Assembly (NCBI GenBank): GCA_051313645.2
Contig: JBNRSN020000058.1
Coordinates: 806,001 to 870,000 of the forward strand
Origin: Centroscyllium fabricii
Taxonomy: Eukaryota
Direction: 5' to 3'
DNA: 64,000 nt
The notes under the pieces: model-generated
The model's input: only the letters and a program-made list of their open reading frames with translations
Databases searched by the model: none
Told to the model about the DNA's origin: nothing
In this document: positions 34,550 through 48,669 of the stretch, in pieces
Layout of the letters: every line of letters starts with the position of its first letter
Numbering within the stretch: position 1 is the stretch's first letter
Position numbers and translations under genes: made by a program

Positions 34550-36399
34550 CTAGCATAAATCTTGGCCTCTGCCTTTTGGAAATATTTCCCACCTCCCATT
34601 TTAGGAATCCACTGCTACTTCTCACTGCCGCCACTTCTCACTGCCACTCTCCCTCTACCAACCAAGACGGAGAGACAGGTTAGACTACAGACCTGTCCAC
34701 ACTGCTGCCAAAGCCAATTTGACTGACAGCACAGTTGTGCATTGCTATGTTTCCTGTGCAGTTCTCGAAAGGCCATCATTACTGCATACATTTATAAAGA
34801 GACACAGAAATTGCAAAAGGATGCCACAGTAATCTATATCAATAGAATAAGGTTACACCCACACCAGATACAATTATTTCTGGTTTCGTGAATTGCATCA
34901 GAAGTAAAAAAATAACATGAATCTACCTGCCGCTTTTCATCATACAGTCACCCTATGCAGCTTTTTGTCTCCTATGTCTCCTCTCAATGACTAAAATGAC
35001 TTGAGGCGTGTTCCTCATTTATTCCCAATTTATTTTCAAACCCTTCCTCTTCTGTGCAGCACTCTGCTAGTTAGAGGATGGGAGAACAGTTGACAAACTC
35101 CACTGGGGTTGCTGATGCCAGACCTGTTTCAAGAAAAATCCAATGGGAGGTGCATTGCCCCAAATAAAATTGAGTTTTCCCCCAACGAGGCATATTTCAA
35201 GCCAATGAAACTGGAAATTGAAGTCAACAAGAATGTTACAGTTAGATATTGAAATGAATAACTTAAAGTATATCACATGTATAATCTCCCAAGTACTGCA
35301 GTACTTTTAAACTGGATCATGGTGCTGATGAGATCAGATAATTTGGGGTTGCAAACTTTGCCAGAGCAGAGTTTGAAATTTGTGCACATTACAGTGCAGG
35401 TGTCAGTGCCGAGGAGTGGAATGTTTTCCTATATTGTTAACTATATGCATCAAGCAGTGTCAGCAGGCAAAGTCTCCTCTAATTCGCCTCAATAAGGTGC
35501 CTCAACCCCAACATTAAGAAAATATCCCTGATGCACTTTAATTTTGCATATGAGCCATTCTTCCAATCTCAGTGATACTGGCAGTCTAAGGCCAAATCAT
35601 GTGCAGCTTTGTAGGCTTGTAACAGTATGAATTGGGTTGAGTGCCGAAATTCATTTCACTTGGAGCGGAGTGGAGAGAGAGAGAAATCATTGACATCTGT
35701 TATAAACCAAATAAGATCCTTCGGAGCAGTAGGATCTCACCAAACAGTTAAACTTGTGACTTTGGGAAACCAGTTATTTACTCACCCACTCTGTCCACTT
35801 CACATCATTGCTCACTGTCAATTATTCTATTTAAATAAAATAGTAATGTAAATAATGTGACATTATGAGGACTGTATTCTGTCCCACTGTTGAGAGCATA
35901 GCAGTTCTGTACTGAAATCAGATTTTGATTTCTTAAATGGTAAAAATGATCTGTCAGGTTTTTTTGAAGGTTAATGTAGTGCTATTTAATAAACAATTGT
36001 ATTCAGTGCAGTAAATTTATTGTAATTACCTACAGTGCTTGTAACTATAGATAGACGTTGAGACATTTTCCCACAGAAACTAAAGATATTTACCTGTGAC
36101 AGAATAGACTCTAAATCAGTCCAATAGAACAATCTCCAACAACAAACAATGGCGCTAGTTCACCAGACATGTACCAATAACCCTCACTGAATTAAATCAG
36201 CATTCTGGTGTTGTCATTATATGTACTATGGTTTTAGACATGTTTTCATCATTACTGCTAATGCATAATTCTTATCCCATCACTCTCGACTAAGTAGCCA
36301 CCAATGTTAAAAGCATAACATGTAGTGTTGCACGTGGGGACTTAAGACAAAGTCCAGTATTCAGGTCAAGCCGGTTAGAAGGTAGTGGGGTAACTGGAT

Positions 36400-36770
36400 C
36401 CAGGTGGGTGCCAGCTGTGGGGGTGGAGAGAGAGATGGGAAAGAAGAGGCAGCAGGGGAGAGAGATAGACAGACAGGAAGAGTGGGATTGGAGTGGGGGA
36501 CAGCAAGGGGTGAAGAGAAGGGGACATGGGCAGGTGGAGGAAGGGGGAAACAGGGGACTATGAAGGGGTGCCAAGGCCTATTTCTTCACAGTGGGAGGGG
36601 AGTGACATGGAGGAAGTGATTGATGGGGAGGGGAGAGACGGGAGGTAAGCAGAGGAGAGGAAGAGGATGGGGAGAAGGGAGGAGGAGAAGGGGCTATGGT
36701 GTATGGGGAAGGGTGGGTTGCAGTGGACAAGGATCAATTCTCCCTCAGTGGGAGAGGGGAGAAGCACCAA
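36400..36770 (+). repeat. G/A-rich low-complexity tract
   Basis: Strong purine and G-run bias on the plus strand with no fixed period. Confidence 0.6.
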
Positions 36771-37186
36771 ACTAAGGCCCGATTCCATCTCCCTTGGGTG
36801 AGGGTTGCTTGTTGTCTCGCATGGGGGTAGCAAGTTACAAAGTATAGACTTTCAGTTCAGGGTGGGGGATGATGCCAAGTTACTTCTGGGTGAGGAGCTG
36901 GAAGAGGCACAAGCATGTAGGCGAGGGGAATTTGGGTCCTGTTGGATGGAGTATCAGTTACTGCTCACAAGGGGCAGGAATCAACCTGAATCTCTTCTCA
37001 GCCAGGATAGAGGGGGCAAGCTTCAGTTCTGCAGGGGTCTGGGAGGGGATGAGATCATGTTTTCTGCTTAAAGGTCGGGGGGGTGGGGGGATCCCTAATC
37101 TGCGAACTGAACTATGCTTAGTGGGTTAGGGGGAGGTTTGCAATTTCTACTCATTGGAAAGGGTGTTTGTCCCAAGATTTACTCAT

Positions 37187-38250
37187 AGAACATAGAACAT
37201 ACAGCACTGTACAGGCCCTTGGGCCCTCAATGTAGTGCCGCCCTTAGTCCGTCTCTGATTTTTCCTGTCCCCCCTACTGTTCCTTCCCCTCCATGTACCT
37301 GTCTATCATCCTTTTAAAAGCACCCAGACTGTCCGCATCCACTATTTCAGATGGTAGCCTATTCCATTCCCCGACCACTCTCTGTGTAAAGAACTTGCCC
37401 CTGCCATCCCTTCTGAATCTTCCTCCTTGAATCTTGTGCTCGTGTCCTCTTGTTGACGTTCTTCCCGCCCGGGGAAACAGTCTTTGCACGTTTACTCTAT
37501 CGATCCCCTTCATCATTTTAAACATCTCTATCAAGTCCCCCCTCTTCCTTCTCCGTTCCAGGGAGAAGAGTCCCAGCTCCCTCAACCTCTCCTCGTATGA
37601 CTTTCCTCCCATTCCCGGCAGCATCCTGGTGAATCTCCTCTGCACCCTCTCCAGCGCCTCCACATCTCTCCTGTAGTACGGTGCCCAGAACTGCACACAG
37701 TACTCCACGTGTGGCCTCACCAGTGACCTGTACAGCTGCAGCATGACCTCCCGGTTCTTAAACTCTATTCCCCTGTTGATGAAGGCCAATACACCATAGG
37801 CCTTTTTCACTGCTTTGTCCACCTGGGTGGCAGCCTTCAGTGATCTGTGTACATATACTCCCAGATCCCTTTGCTCCTCTGCTTCACTCAGGATCCTGCC
37901 ATTGACCCTATATTCCCTCTTCCTATTTGCCCTGCCGAAGTGCATCACCTCGCATTTCCCCGTGTTGAACTCCATTTGCCATTCTTCAGCCCAGCTCTGC
38001 ATCCTGTCTATATCCCTCTGAATCTTTCTACTTCCTTCCTCCTCATCCACTTCTCCCCCTATCTTTGTGTCATCCGCAAACTTGCTGACCCACCCCTCAG
38101 TCCCCTCCTCCAAGTCATTGATGAAGATTACAAACAGCAGTGGCCCCAACACCGACCCCTGTGGTACCCCACTGGTGACCGGTCTCCAGCCCGAGTATTG
38201 GCCCTCTACCACTACCCTCTGCTTCCTTTGAGCCAGCCAGTTCTCAATCC
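37187..38250 (-). mobile_element. 5'-truncated CR1 LINE with uninterrupted ORF2 C-terminus (312 aa)
   Basis: ORF 37274-38212 has SGVPQGSVLGPLLFVIFINDL, KFADDTK, WQMEFN, VRPHVEYCVQFW and FFTQRVV motifs, then a 3' UTR and (ttctatg)n tail. Confidence 0.95.
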
Positions 38251-38630
38251 ATCCTGTTGTTGGGAGTTTCTCCCAAACTCTACTGAGTATGGGGAGGGGT
38301 TCTCAAACTTAAATCTTTAGTATTGGGGGAGTCTTTGTCCCAATCGCCACTCGATGGAACCAAGGAAGGGATATATTTCATGCGGGGGGGTTGAGCTGCC
38401 CTTTGTATTAATGGATTTATACTTGCATTCTTTAGCTCTGTAGCGATAGTTTTTCTCAACGAGCTTTGCTCGGGGGGAGCTTAACTCACTGGGGGTTCTC
38501 CATTCTCTACTCACGGCATTGAACTTTGGATCCGATAGCAAAATACTGCAGATGCTGGAAATTGGAAATAACAACAGAAAATGCTGGAGAAACTCAGCAG
38601 GCCAGGCAGCATCGGTGGAGAGAGAAACAG

Positions 38631-38667
38631 AGTTGACGTTTCAGATCGATGACCTTTCTTCAGAACT
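38631..38667 (-). ncRNA. Minimal type I hammerhead ribozyme motif, sense to the NFIA transcript
   Basis: Minus strand: agtt-CTGAAGA-A-AGGTC-atc-GATCT-GAAA-CGTC-aact. Stem I agtt/aact, stem II with one G-U pair, GUC cleavage triplet. Confidence 0.75.
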
Positions 38668-39108
38668 GGAGAAGTCAGGAGAGGGGGGTAGATTTTAAAG
38701 CTTGTCGGAGCTGGGGAAAGGGGGAGGGGGCTGAAAGAATAAAGGAAAGCCACGGAAGCCCAGCATAAACTCGAGGAACAGCACCTCATCTTTCGCTTAG
38801 GCACTCTACAGCCCTCTGGACTAAACATAGAGTTCAACAATTTTAGATCATAACCTCAGCCCCTACCACACTTTTATATATATATTCATATATTCTCTCT
38901 TTTTTCAATCTACACTTCCGTCTGGGCTTCTTTATTCTCTACCAGAGCCGTTCACACCTATTCAGAGCCATCATGTGTTCCTTGAATTTCTCCTAATATC
39001 TCTTACCTTCCCCGCCTTCCAGCCTGTTGCTGATCTTTCCTTTATTCTTTTAGCGCCCCCCCACCCTTCTACAAGCTTTAAAATCTATCCCCCTCTCCTG
39101 GCTTCTTC

Positions 39109-39145
39109 AGTTCTGAAGAAAGGTCTTCGACCTGAAACGTTAACT
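39109..39145 (+). ncRNA. Minimal type I hammerhead ribozyme motif
   Basis: agtt-CTGAAGA-A-AGGTC-ttc-GACCT-GAAA-CGTT-aact. Palindromic AACGTT, GUU triplet. Confidence 0.75.
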
Positions 39146-42000
39146 CTGTTTCTCTCTCCACCGATGCTGCCTGGCCTGCTGAGTTTCTCCAGCGTTTTCT
39201 GTTGTTATATTGAACTTTGGATGTTTTCCTGTTCCCTGGTACCATCTCCCATCTTCCTATGTATTGTGCTGGCAGAAGTTTCATAGGATGTCTGGGACAG
39301 GTTTTGGTGCTGAGCTGCTGAGTCAGTGTTCTGGCTTTCTTGCCTATGATTTTCCTTTCCAACAGGGAATTTAGGTTCAATTGAATACCTGGAAACTACT
39401 GAGGCTGTTATAATGGGCCACCTGTAGGTGTAGTACCTTTGGAGTGATGAGAAGACTCGAGGGTTGGCGGGGGGGGGGGGGATATAACTGTACCTAGCTG
39501 CTCCTGTTTATGCTTTATCAAATTTAAATAAAATATAAAAAGTAAATTTAAAATACTTTATTACAGTTAATTTTTTGTGTCTTCTTTAAATTCTAGCCGG
39601 ACTGCAAAATACTCTCTCCAGCAGTCTTCCGGTGAAGAGCTTTGGAACTTCAACCATGGAGAGAAGCAGCATTTGAATAACAGTTGTGACAATGCGGGCT
39701 TACATTGGCACAGCATGACTTTCGCACTAACCAATGGATTCATGCAGACATTAAGCAGTAAATCCCAACTGCTATTAAAATAGGATTTTAATTTGTTTTT
39801 TAATACCTGGAATGTAATTAAGTATTGCTATCTGTTTAACATCTAGGCATTACAGCAATGTAAACTTTAATAAACACAGAAAACAAATCAGCCCTACCCT
39901 AACAGAAACACAAGTACGTCATCGCTAGGAGGCACAGAAGACTGAACACGTAAAGGAGTAGTTTTAACAATTTCAGAAAGGACAACATCAACAAGATGCT
40001 TCACAAAATATTCTCCTGGGTCAGTAAACTCATCAAAAGTACTACATAAAATATTTACATTTCCTTTCAAAACTTTTGAAAATAAAACTATTTAAAGATT
40101 ACAAAAACACACTGGAAAACTTTGAATTTTCCCCAGTGGGCAATATGGGGCCCGCTGAGTTCAGTTTCTGGAGCAGGCTGTTCTGCGAGCTGTGGCAGTT
40201 TGAAAACTCTCAAATGAGGCACCATCACCCTTTTAATACTTCACTTATAAATGGTTACATCTACAGTCACATGCTTCAATCTAAGCAGAGAGATAAACAC
40301 CTGAGCCTTGTCTACCTAATAATAAGTTACATGTACATACAATTGAGGGAAGTAAGTCAATACACATTGTAGCAAACATTATTAAATAAATCAAATATCC
40401 TTCAAGTGGAAAGAATAAACAACTTTAAAATAGTATTCCCAGGTAGTTTCCCATTATATATAACATAAGTGCCTGTATCTAGATATACACAAATAATCTT
40501 CATATAAACAAATATATAATATGCACAAACTAATCTGATTGATTCAAATCTCCGAGTATGTACAGTGATACACTCAGGGTACAGGAGTCTTATTTTTTCT
40601 ATGTAGGATCATCTGTCAGCTGTAGGTCAAAGTCATGACTGCAGACTGACTGTGCTCTGAGCCCTGTTGTGCTCCCAGCTGGGGGAGGAGAGAAGGGAAG
40701 GGGAGAGGCAATGGTAACCTCTAATTAACCCCATGGTCTGTGGGACAAACAATCCTGCCATAAACCACTTTACTCAGCCTTTTCAGCCACAACATGTTGA
40801 AAGATTCATTCTTCATTATGACAAGTGCCACTGGTGTCTTTAACACATTGTAACCTAAATACATGCTCTTAAACAGCTGTGAAACCATCATTACCATACT
40901 AAGGCTAACATTAATACAACGATGCATTGTGCCCCTCCTAACAGGCAGTGGGACATTAAGGAATAAATAAGGTTACTTCAAGCAGAGAATTAAAACAATA
41001 GATGTGAATAGAACAGTGTCAAAGTTTCATAAACTTTAGATGTAATGAAAACAATATTGCTTCTTAATTATTCGGGAGAAATAAACAGTAAGGATATGCC
41101 CAAAAGCATTCTTGGTTTATCTCACAAGTAGAAAAATACTTGTTTCTATCTCCAACACCCAAAATTGTATATAAACAATCGAGACATTTTTGGATGCCAT
41201 CAAATTTGCATGGCTAACTGGCATGCACATGTAACCAAGGCAGCATCAAAAAATATGTTCTTGAATATTAGCAACACTGACCAGGATGACCGTAACATTT
41301 TAATATCAGATTACATTGGCCAGTGACACTTATTATGCTCTTTATAAACTGACATATAGAGATGAAAAATATAGTCACTTCCCAATCTGCTTTTAAGACG
41401 AGACAACTCCCCTTCTTTTCCCTCAAAGATTTAAATTTCAGCTTCACCGTGAACTAATGCTGGAAGCTTGAAAAAATCCAAATGTTTTATTAATCTCCTT
41501 CTGTTCCCTTTCATTGAATTCTGAAATGTTTAAAGGATTACTGCAATAATACTAAAGTTTGCTTCTCACCAAACAAACAATTGTGGAATAATTTTAACTG
41601 CTAAAAAATGTATTAGTTCTACTGCACAAGAGCATCATTTTCAAAGGTAATAATACCACAGATAGCACTTCGGCACCTATCATTCCCCAATTTTTTTCAA
41701 CAATGGCATTCACTTTAGATCAAAAAGGAACAAAATAAACTTCAAGTGCCTGGAGTAGAAGGGCTGATCTATTTGCAGAAAACAGCAGCAACCATATACT
41801 GATACATCGTCTCCTTCAACTGAAGGTCCTGACCATTAAAAGAAGAGTTCAGGAGACTATCTTGCGATGCATGTCTAAACTTAACATACTATTTTAAGAA
41901 CTGAGAGTTCAGGTTGAAAAATAAAACCAAGGAATCTCACTTCCACATTCTGCATATGTTCTGTGGTTTTACACCAGCTGAACTGGAAACAATTAAAGAA

Positions 42001-42400
42001 GGGCGGCACGGTGGCACAGTGGTTAGCACTGTTGCCTCACAGCACTGGAGACCCGGGTTCAAATCCAGCCTCGGGTACTATCTATGTGGAGTTTGCACAT
42101 TCTCCCCGTGTCTGCGTGGGTTTCCTCCGGGTGCTCCGGTTTCCTCCCACAGTCCAAAGATGTGCGGGTTAGGTTGATTGGCCAGGATAAATTGACCCTT
42201 AGTGTTAGGGTGATTAAAGATGTGGGGTTACGGGGATAGGGTGGGATATGTGTCGGTGCAGGCTCGATAGGGATCGAGGGATATGGGGACAAGGCAGGGA
42301 CGGGGTGCTGGGTTTGGATGATCAGCCATGATCTCATTGAATGGCGGAGCAGGCTCGAAGGGCCGAATGGCCTACTCCTGCTCCTATCTTCGATGTTTCT
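42001..42400 (+). mobile_element. HE1/V-type SINE with longer CR1 tail
   Basis: Near-identical to 20540-20940. Confidence 0.9.
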
Positions 42401-43860
42401 AAGGGGGAAACATAGTTATTGCTCACTTTAGCCAGCCAGACTCCATTTCTGGCATCAGGCGATAAGGAGTAAAATACATTTTTAAAAAGCACGAGTACAG
42501 CTACATTCCACACGTGTTAGCACCACTGATCGAGAATTGAGTCATTCTACTGCTGAAGAACAAACCAGAGTTACTGCATTATTTGGTTTCATTTAATTTT
42601 TAAAAAAAATGATGGAGCATTTATCAGGCCCTTCATCTCACCTCAGTTGGTGAAAGGTTTAGGGCTTTGGGGTTATGTTCGTGCACCTTCTTATCTCAGT
42701 TATCTGGGTCAACTCTGGGATAGTGCGCAGTCATTGTCAAACACAACAGCTTCACGAATGACTACTACACCTTTAAAGACCTGTGGACACCTGAGATTTA
42801 TGTGAATTGAGAAAGCGTAAACATATCTGAGCACAGTTTCTGCTAGGTAATGCACCCGAAATCAGCATAAAAGATCAAGGAATTTCAAGGCCAAATAATG
42901 TCCAGTGCAAATTGAGCTTGCACGATCTGTTACGCTGGTTTGAATAACATCGTGCTGGAGATCTGCCCTGCACACAAGACTCTCCATGCCCCCAGATCAA
43001 ATTAATGAGCATGGTGAGTTTGTGCCAATTGCGTCCGTTGTGACTGTTCGAGGAGGCTCTTCAAATTGAGTTGGGTTTTTATTTTAGGTGCAAAGGCACT
43101 AATAGGGACCTATCAAAAGTATTTAAAAATATGTAATTCTGTATAGTTTTTTAAGTTATTTGAAATCAGGTTACTCACAGGTGCTGGACTAGACACTCTC
43201 ACTAAAATGTTTATTATTTGTGATAAACTCATTTTCAGTGTTATTAGTAAAATTGCGCCAGGTTACCACTCTTGAGTACATAAAGGAATAGTTTTTAATG
43301 CAAGGGAAAAGATATAAACAATAATGTCCTAAAATGCTGCCCGATTGCACTGGTTCATGGAAAGATTTTGCGTTTTTGATTATACAAATGTGTTTTAGTA
43401 GAAACTTGAACCATAACTTCACTTTGGAAAAACCAGCACAAATTGCATCCAGATTATCGATTGCACTGAAAGCGGAAACTCTATGCAACTACATTTAAAA
43501 TACTCTCCATTAAAAGGTTAAAACATTATTTGTGTTGCCAAACCTGATGTTACAATACTGGGGATGTGAATACTTGGGCCAGTAAATAATATTGGTAGAA
43601 TTGCCCAATGTCTACATAGGTACAAGGTAGTAGGATCTAGGCACTTGAAACTGGACCATTTTCAAGAATCCAGTACTGGTTTCAAGGAGCCACAGTGGAA
43701 ACAAAGTTGGTGCAATTATTATGTACTGCTCCTAAGTGTCTTTCACAACTTTTGATCGAGTGTTTATGAAATGCACTAGTAACATCTAGTGGCAGAATAT
43801 CAATACTAATCTGGACACCCATGCATTCAACTGATGCAACATCTCTACATTGGACACTTG

Positions 43861-44257
43861 AAACATAGAAGATAGGAGTAGGAGTAGGCCATTCGGCCCT
43901 TCGAGCCTGCTCCACCATTCAATGAGATCATGGCTGATCATCCAAACCTAGTACCCCGTACCTGCCTTCTCCCCATATCCCTCGATCCCTAGCGAGCCTG
44001 CACCGACACATATCCCACCCTATCCCCGTAACCCCACACATTCAATCCCCCTAACACTAAGGGTCAATTTATCATGGCCAATCAACCTAACCCGCACATC
44101 TTTGGACTGTGGGAGGAAACCGGAGCACCCGGAGGAAACCCACGCAGACACGGGGAGAATGTGCAAACTCCACACAGATAGTACCCGAGGCTGGATTTGA
44201 ACCCGGGTCTCCAGTGCTGTGAGGCAACAGTGCTAACCACTTTGCCACCGTGCCGCC
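43861..44257 (-). mobile_element. HE1/V-type SINE with longer CR1 tail
   Basis: Reverse complement of the 42001-42400 type. Confidence 0.9.
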
Positions 44258-45647
44258 ATGAAGCATATGTCTAAACCTAAAATTGCTCCAAACCACTTGC
44301 CAGTGTGTTTGTGGGATGAGTTCCATTACTTCACAGCCTGGACCAGCAAGCAGGGTGTCCCAGGCTCAATAGGATGTAATTCCTTCCAGAAAATCTCTTC
44401 ATGGTTCTACAGCAAGTGCCAAAACCACAAAAAGCCCATTGTCTCCCCGCAGCAACAAAAGTGAGTTGGTTTCATAGAAGAGCAAGGGTTAATGTTTAAA
44501 AAAAAGAAAAAAGCACAATAAATCTCTGGACACATTAATATTTGTTTACATTTTCACTAAAAAGGATTTACTGTTTGTTTATTTGTTGTCACAGGGAAAG
44601 AGGTTCAAAACTAGCAAATGGCGCTGCTGTTTTTCACATCTTCAGTGTTGAAAGCTTAAGACAGTGAGAGAAAGCACTTGGTTTTCCTAAAGTCTCAACT
44701 GTTCTCTGTTAAACAATAGAGAACACATGATCATGTGCATATTGCTGACACAGCAACACGACTGCCTTAAAGGATCTGTGGGAAATGTCAAATTTATAGC
44801 CCTTCGGGTGATTGGTAGAAGTTTTTTTTTTAAGGCAGGTCTGTTGTAGAAACTGGGCCTGGAGAATGTTCTTGGCTAAATCCCAGCTAAGCAGAAGGAA
44901 GCCGTGTCCCACACTTCCCCTGGGATCTAATGAAATATATAGCCTGTGGGGCTCCATTCAATTTAGTTATGTAGAATACTTCTTGCATTTGAAAGGCCAG
45001 TTCTAGCTGACACAACCATCATGCGTCTGCGTCTGGGGCTGCCTACTGCTAGGGTGCTCCTGTCTACCCGAGTTATAGTGAAAGGCTTTTTTAACTCTGA
45101 CTCCTACGACATAGCTCTGAAGCAAAATACCTGAGTCAGTGGGTAACAACAGTCCAGACATGAGTTCCTAAGCAATCCTTCCTTGCATGTCGGGGCTGTT
45201 TGAAAACTGGCTTCCTGCTATTGTCAGAGCCGTGGGCAAAAACAGAAACTTGAAACAGTGTAGTTTCAGGAAAAGGAAAAACTTCCAAATTGAGAGGCAC
45301 CAGTAATTCAGTAACTGAGCTCCAGCACTGCCCAGGATCAGCTCAATTTTTGCAAAATTTCTCTTAATTAAAAATAATGTAGTTAAAATTAATGCTCACA
45401 AATGTACCAGTTCAACATCATATTATTTGAACTCTCTTTTAGAGTATTCTTATTTGATATTACAGTGGGAACTGGGTTGAAATATTGATTAAATAATGAC
45501 ATAATTTAATGATCTGGAATGTAAGAATACACACAGGGTAAATGTTCAGAGTCCAGGTCAGCAGTGATTGTCCAATACACACTGGCCATGGGTGAGGTAT
45601 CGTGCACAGAATTAGAAATTTTAAGGTAGAGTTTCTAAAAAGATATT

Positions 45648-46107
45648 GGGATGGATTTTAACTCAGACTGGATTCCCAGTCTGGGTGGGAAGAGGACACA
45701 GAGCAGCTGCCAGCAGGGGAAGATCAGGCGGTCCTTTGCCGTTTGTCAGCTTCCAGGTAAGTGGCGGGAGGGAAGCTTCGAGAGGGTCTCACAGGGTAGA
45801 GGGGGCGCAGGGAAGAGCCCAGCGCAGCGGAAGGCTGTGATTTTCCTTGCGAATCCTGGAGGAGCACCCCTTTGTCCCTCCCATTCCTACCAGCTGCTGA
45901 TCTGCTTCAGCCTGGCGAGAAAGCCGGGGGCCCCGGTTAAAAGGTTATCGGGGTCCTATTGATGAGGTTCTCCACCGCTTGCAGAACTCTGCAGGTTAAG
46001 ACCAGAGATGGCTGCAAGGGGTCAGGTTCCGAGTGGATAAGTAACCTGCTCGTTTTTAACTGCCTACCGTCCAGTTTCTACCAGGCAGGTAGGGTTAAAA
46101 TTGGCCC
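45648..46107. mobile_element. Harbinger-type MITE
   Basis: Ends gggatggattttaac ... gttaaaattggccc, flanks att/act. Confidence 0.6.
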
Positions 46108-46609
46108 ACTGAATGCCGTCATGCCTGAGTAAGTTGATAAGACAGTGTAGTGTGCACCTGAACCAAACAGTCGGGGAAGTCCCAGGATTCTGCTCGATGC
46201 TGAACTACACAACACCTGGGCAGCAGTGGGTAGACACAACCATTGACTTGAGTCCTAAGGCTAAGGACAGAAATCCACAATCTCCTGCTGGAAGTCTTTG
46301 TAAAAACTATAATGGGCATCAGAAATCTACATTATGAGGAAAAGGAAATTCAGTTTGTTCCTTTTGGAAAGAAGATGATGTTGGAGTTTTCAAGATTATG
46401 AAAGGGATTGGAAAAGTGATCCAGACTAATTGTTCACCATTGCAAAAGGTTTCAAATATCACAGGGCATAAATGATAATGTTAACAGTAAGGAGAGAAGC
46501 CTTTACCCAAAGGGAAATCCACGCTAGGCAATAAGTTACCAGGGAAAACAAATTTAGCAGTCACTTTGATGTGCTGATTGTATTCTCACCTCTTCATGAC
46601 TTAAATACA

Positions 46610-46965
46610 TAATCTAGGCTTCAGCGCAGTACTGAGGGAATGTTGTACTGCCAGAGGTGCCATCATCTGTCAGATGAGATTTTAACTGGGGCCCTGCCTA
46701 CCTGTTCAGATGAATGCAAAAGATTCCATGGCACTACTCAAAGAAAACCAGGAGCTCGTCACATATCTTGTGCCTATTCGTCACTCAACCAACACCACCA
46801 AAAAACAGATTAACCAGTCATTTGCCTCATTTGCTACTTTCTTGCTGCATGTCATGTTTGCTTAGGTAAGAACAGTGACTGCAGTTCAAAAGTGATTCAT
46901 TGGTTGTGAAGCACTTTGGGACAACCGGAGCTTGTGAAAGACACTATATAAATGTAAGTTCTTTT
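46610..46965 (+). mobile_element. Decayed Deu-type SINE
   Basis: Divergent but colinear with 50400-50781 (gcagtactgagggaatg...gaggtgccatc...cagatgaga...gattcattggttgtgaagcactttggga). Confidence 0.6.
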
Positions 46966-48669
46966 TCTCTCTTTCTCAAGCAATAGAATAATTTGGTTTA
47001 AGAGGCAACTCAGTGTGTTTCTGGAAAGTGAAGGGAAAGGGGTATGGTGCGAAGGTAATAGATGGAACAGACTCATTGTCCCTAATAGGCTTCACTTATT
47101 CTAACAATTATAATTTTCTTATACGCCTCAGACTGGCTATAGCTCTTCCTCCCAATCTACATCTTGAATATATTGTAGCCCGTGGATCTGCTGAAGAGTA
47201 ACTCCTTCCAGTCCCATCCATGTCCTGTGTCACTCATGGCTGCATTACTTTTGTAATGTCTTGATTTAATGTTCCATTCATCAAAAACTGTATCTTGAAC
47301 TTAGTTGAACATTAATTCTAGATGGGATTAAATGCACTTTGGTATAAAGAAGTAGTTCGTCAGCAGATGACAAAAGGACATGTGAAGAATGAAAGCTCAG
47401 GGTGAAAATTGAAGGATTGAATGGACCAATAAACACAGGTTATTTTCAGGCTGGCATGTTCCATTATACATATATGGTAACCCAAGAAATGAGGCAAAGT
47501 TAGCCAACAGCTTCAAGAAAGCTGTAAAATAGTTATCAACTCAAAAGTGGCCCTAGACATGGCGAATGACATGTGAAATGGAGTAATTACACTGAAACTA
47601 CAGTGAGGACACAGACTTGTAATTTAAGCTGTAACTATGCCCAACATTCATCCACTCATAGCAGAGAAAATAAATGATAAGTAGGCACCATAAGCCTGAT
47701 GGAGAATATAATTGCTCAAGGCACACGATTTAATTTCCAGAAAGGTCTGGGGTATCCTCCACCACCAGGAATTTTTTTAACCCTTTATTTGGTGAATTTT
47801 CAAGTATTCGAGTCTACAGTGAACATGGACATTGCAGTTTTATCAAAAAAGGTCATTTCCACAAGTTAAAAACTATTCTTTTATTAGCTAACTGTAACTG
47901 AATGATTCTCTGTATAAGTTAACACTTTTCCCAGTAACAGCAGATAATCTAACAGTGGGAGATGAACATTTTTAATGAATTTTCATTTCTGAAAAAACTG
48001 CCTATCAGCAAAGAGAGTTTTCCAACCTGATCTTTCTGACCACAGGATTATTCTAATCAAGACTGAGGCACCAGATTTAGAAATGCAGACACCCTTCCCC
48101 ATCCACCCATGTCTGGGGATTTATTCTGGTGAATGTTAAGCACTTTTATATACACTGTATTACAATTTATATAGATTAAATGTAAACAAAAAAGAAAAAA
48201 TAAGTGGCATTTTAGTTTTTAAACAGTTCAACTTCCTCAAAAACAACCCAACAGTCACTCTTCACTTTCCACCAGCACCCCCTCCACGCCCCCCATACAG
48301 TTCACAAACATTCACAGAATCATAGAAATTTACAGCACAGTAGGAGGCCATTCGACCCATTAGGGTAAATTTTCCCAAAAGTGCAGGGAATTGGCGGGTT
48401 TCCGGCAGGTCAGGTTTCTGACACGAATCCTAAAGGGCCTGGGAGCTCCACGCAATTTTGGCTCAATTGGCCAATTGATTTCCAGCATGTGGGAACCCCT
48501 GGCAAGTGAGTATTTCCAGTCAGAAAGTCACACAATATGATGTCATCATTGCTGGTGCATTTCAGGTCCACAGCAAGCCTTGCTTCTGCTGCGGACTGCC
48601 AACCTTGTGCCCTTTCATGCCAGAGGGACCTGGAGGCAGAATGACCATCGAGAGACCTAGGTCTGCTTC

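Larger units (their letters stand above)
38532..39208 (+). mobile_element. Penelope-like element: inverted pseudo-LTR, GIY-YIG C-terminus, 3' pseudo-LTR, 14-bp TSD
   Basis: attgaactttggat at 38518-38531 and 39209-39222. 38750-38850 encodes EAQHKLEEQHLIFRLGTLQPSGLNIEFNNF. About 38567-38705 is the reverse complement of about 39072-39207. Confidence 0.9.

Noticed and set aside
36400-36770. G-quadruplex or triplex regulatory element
   Set aside because: G runs are irregular and such tracts are common. Nothing in the sequence supports a function.
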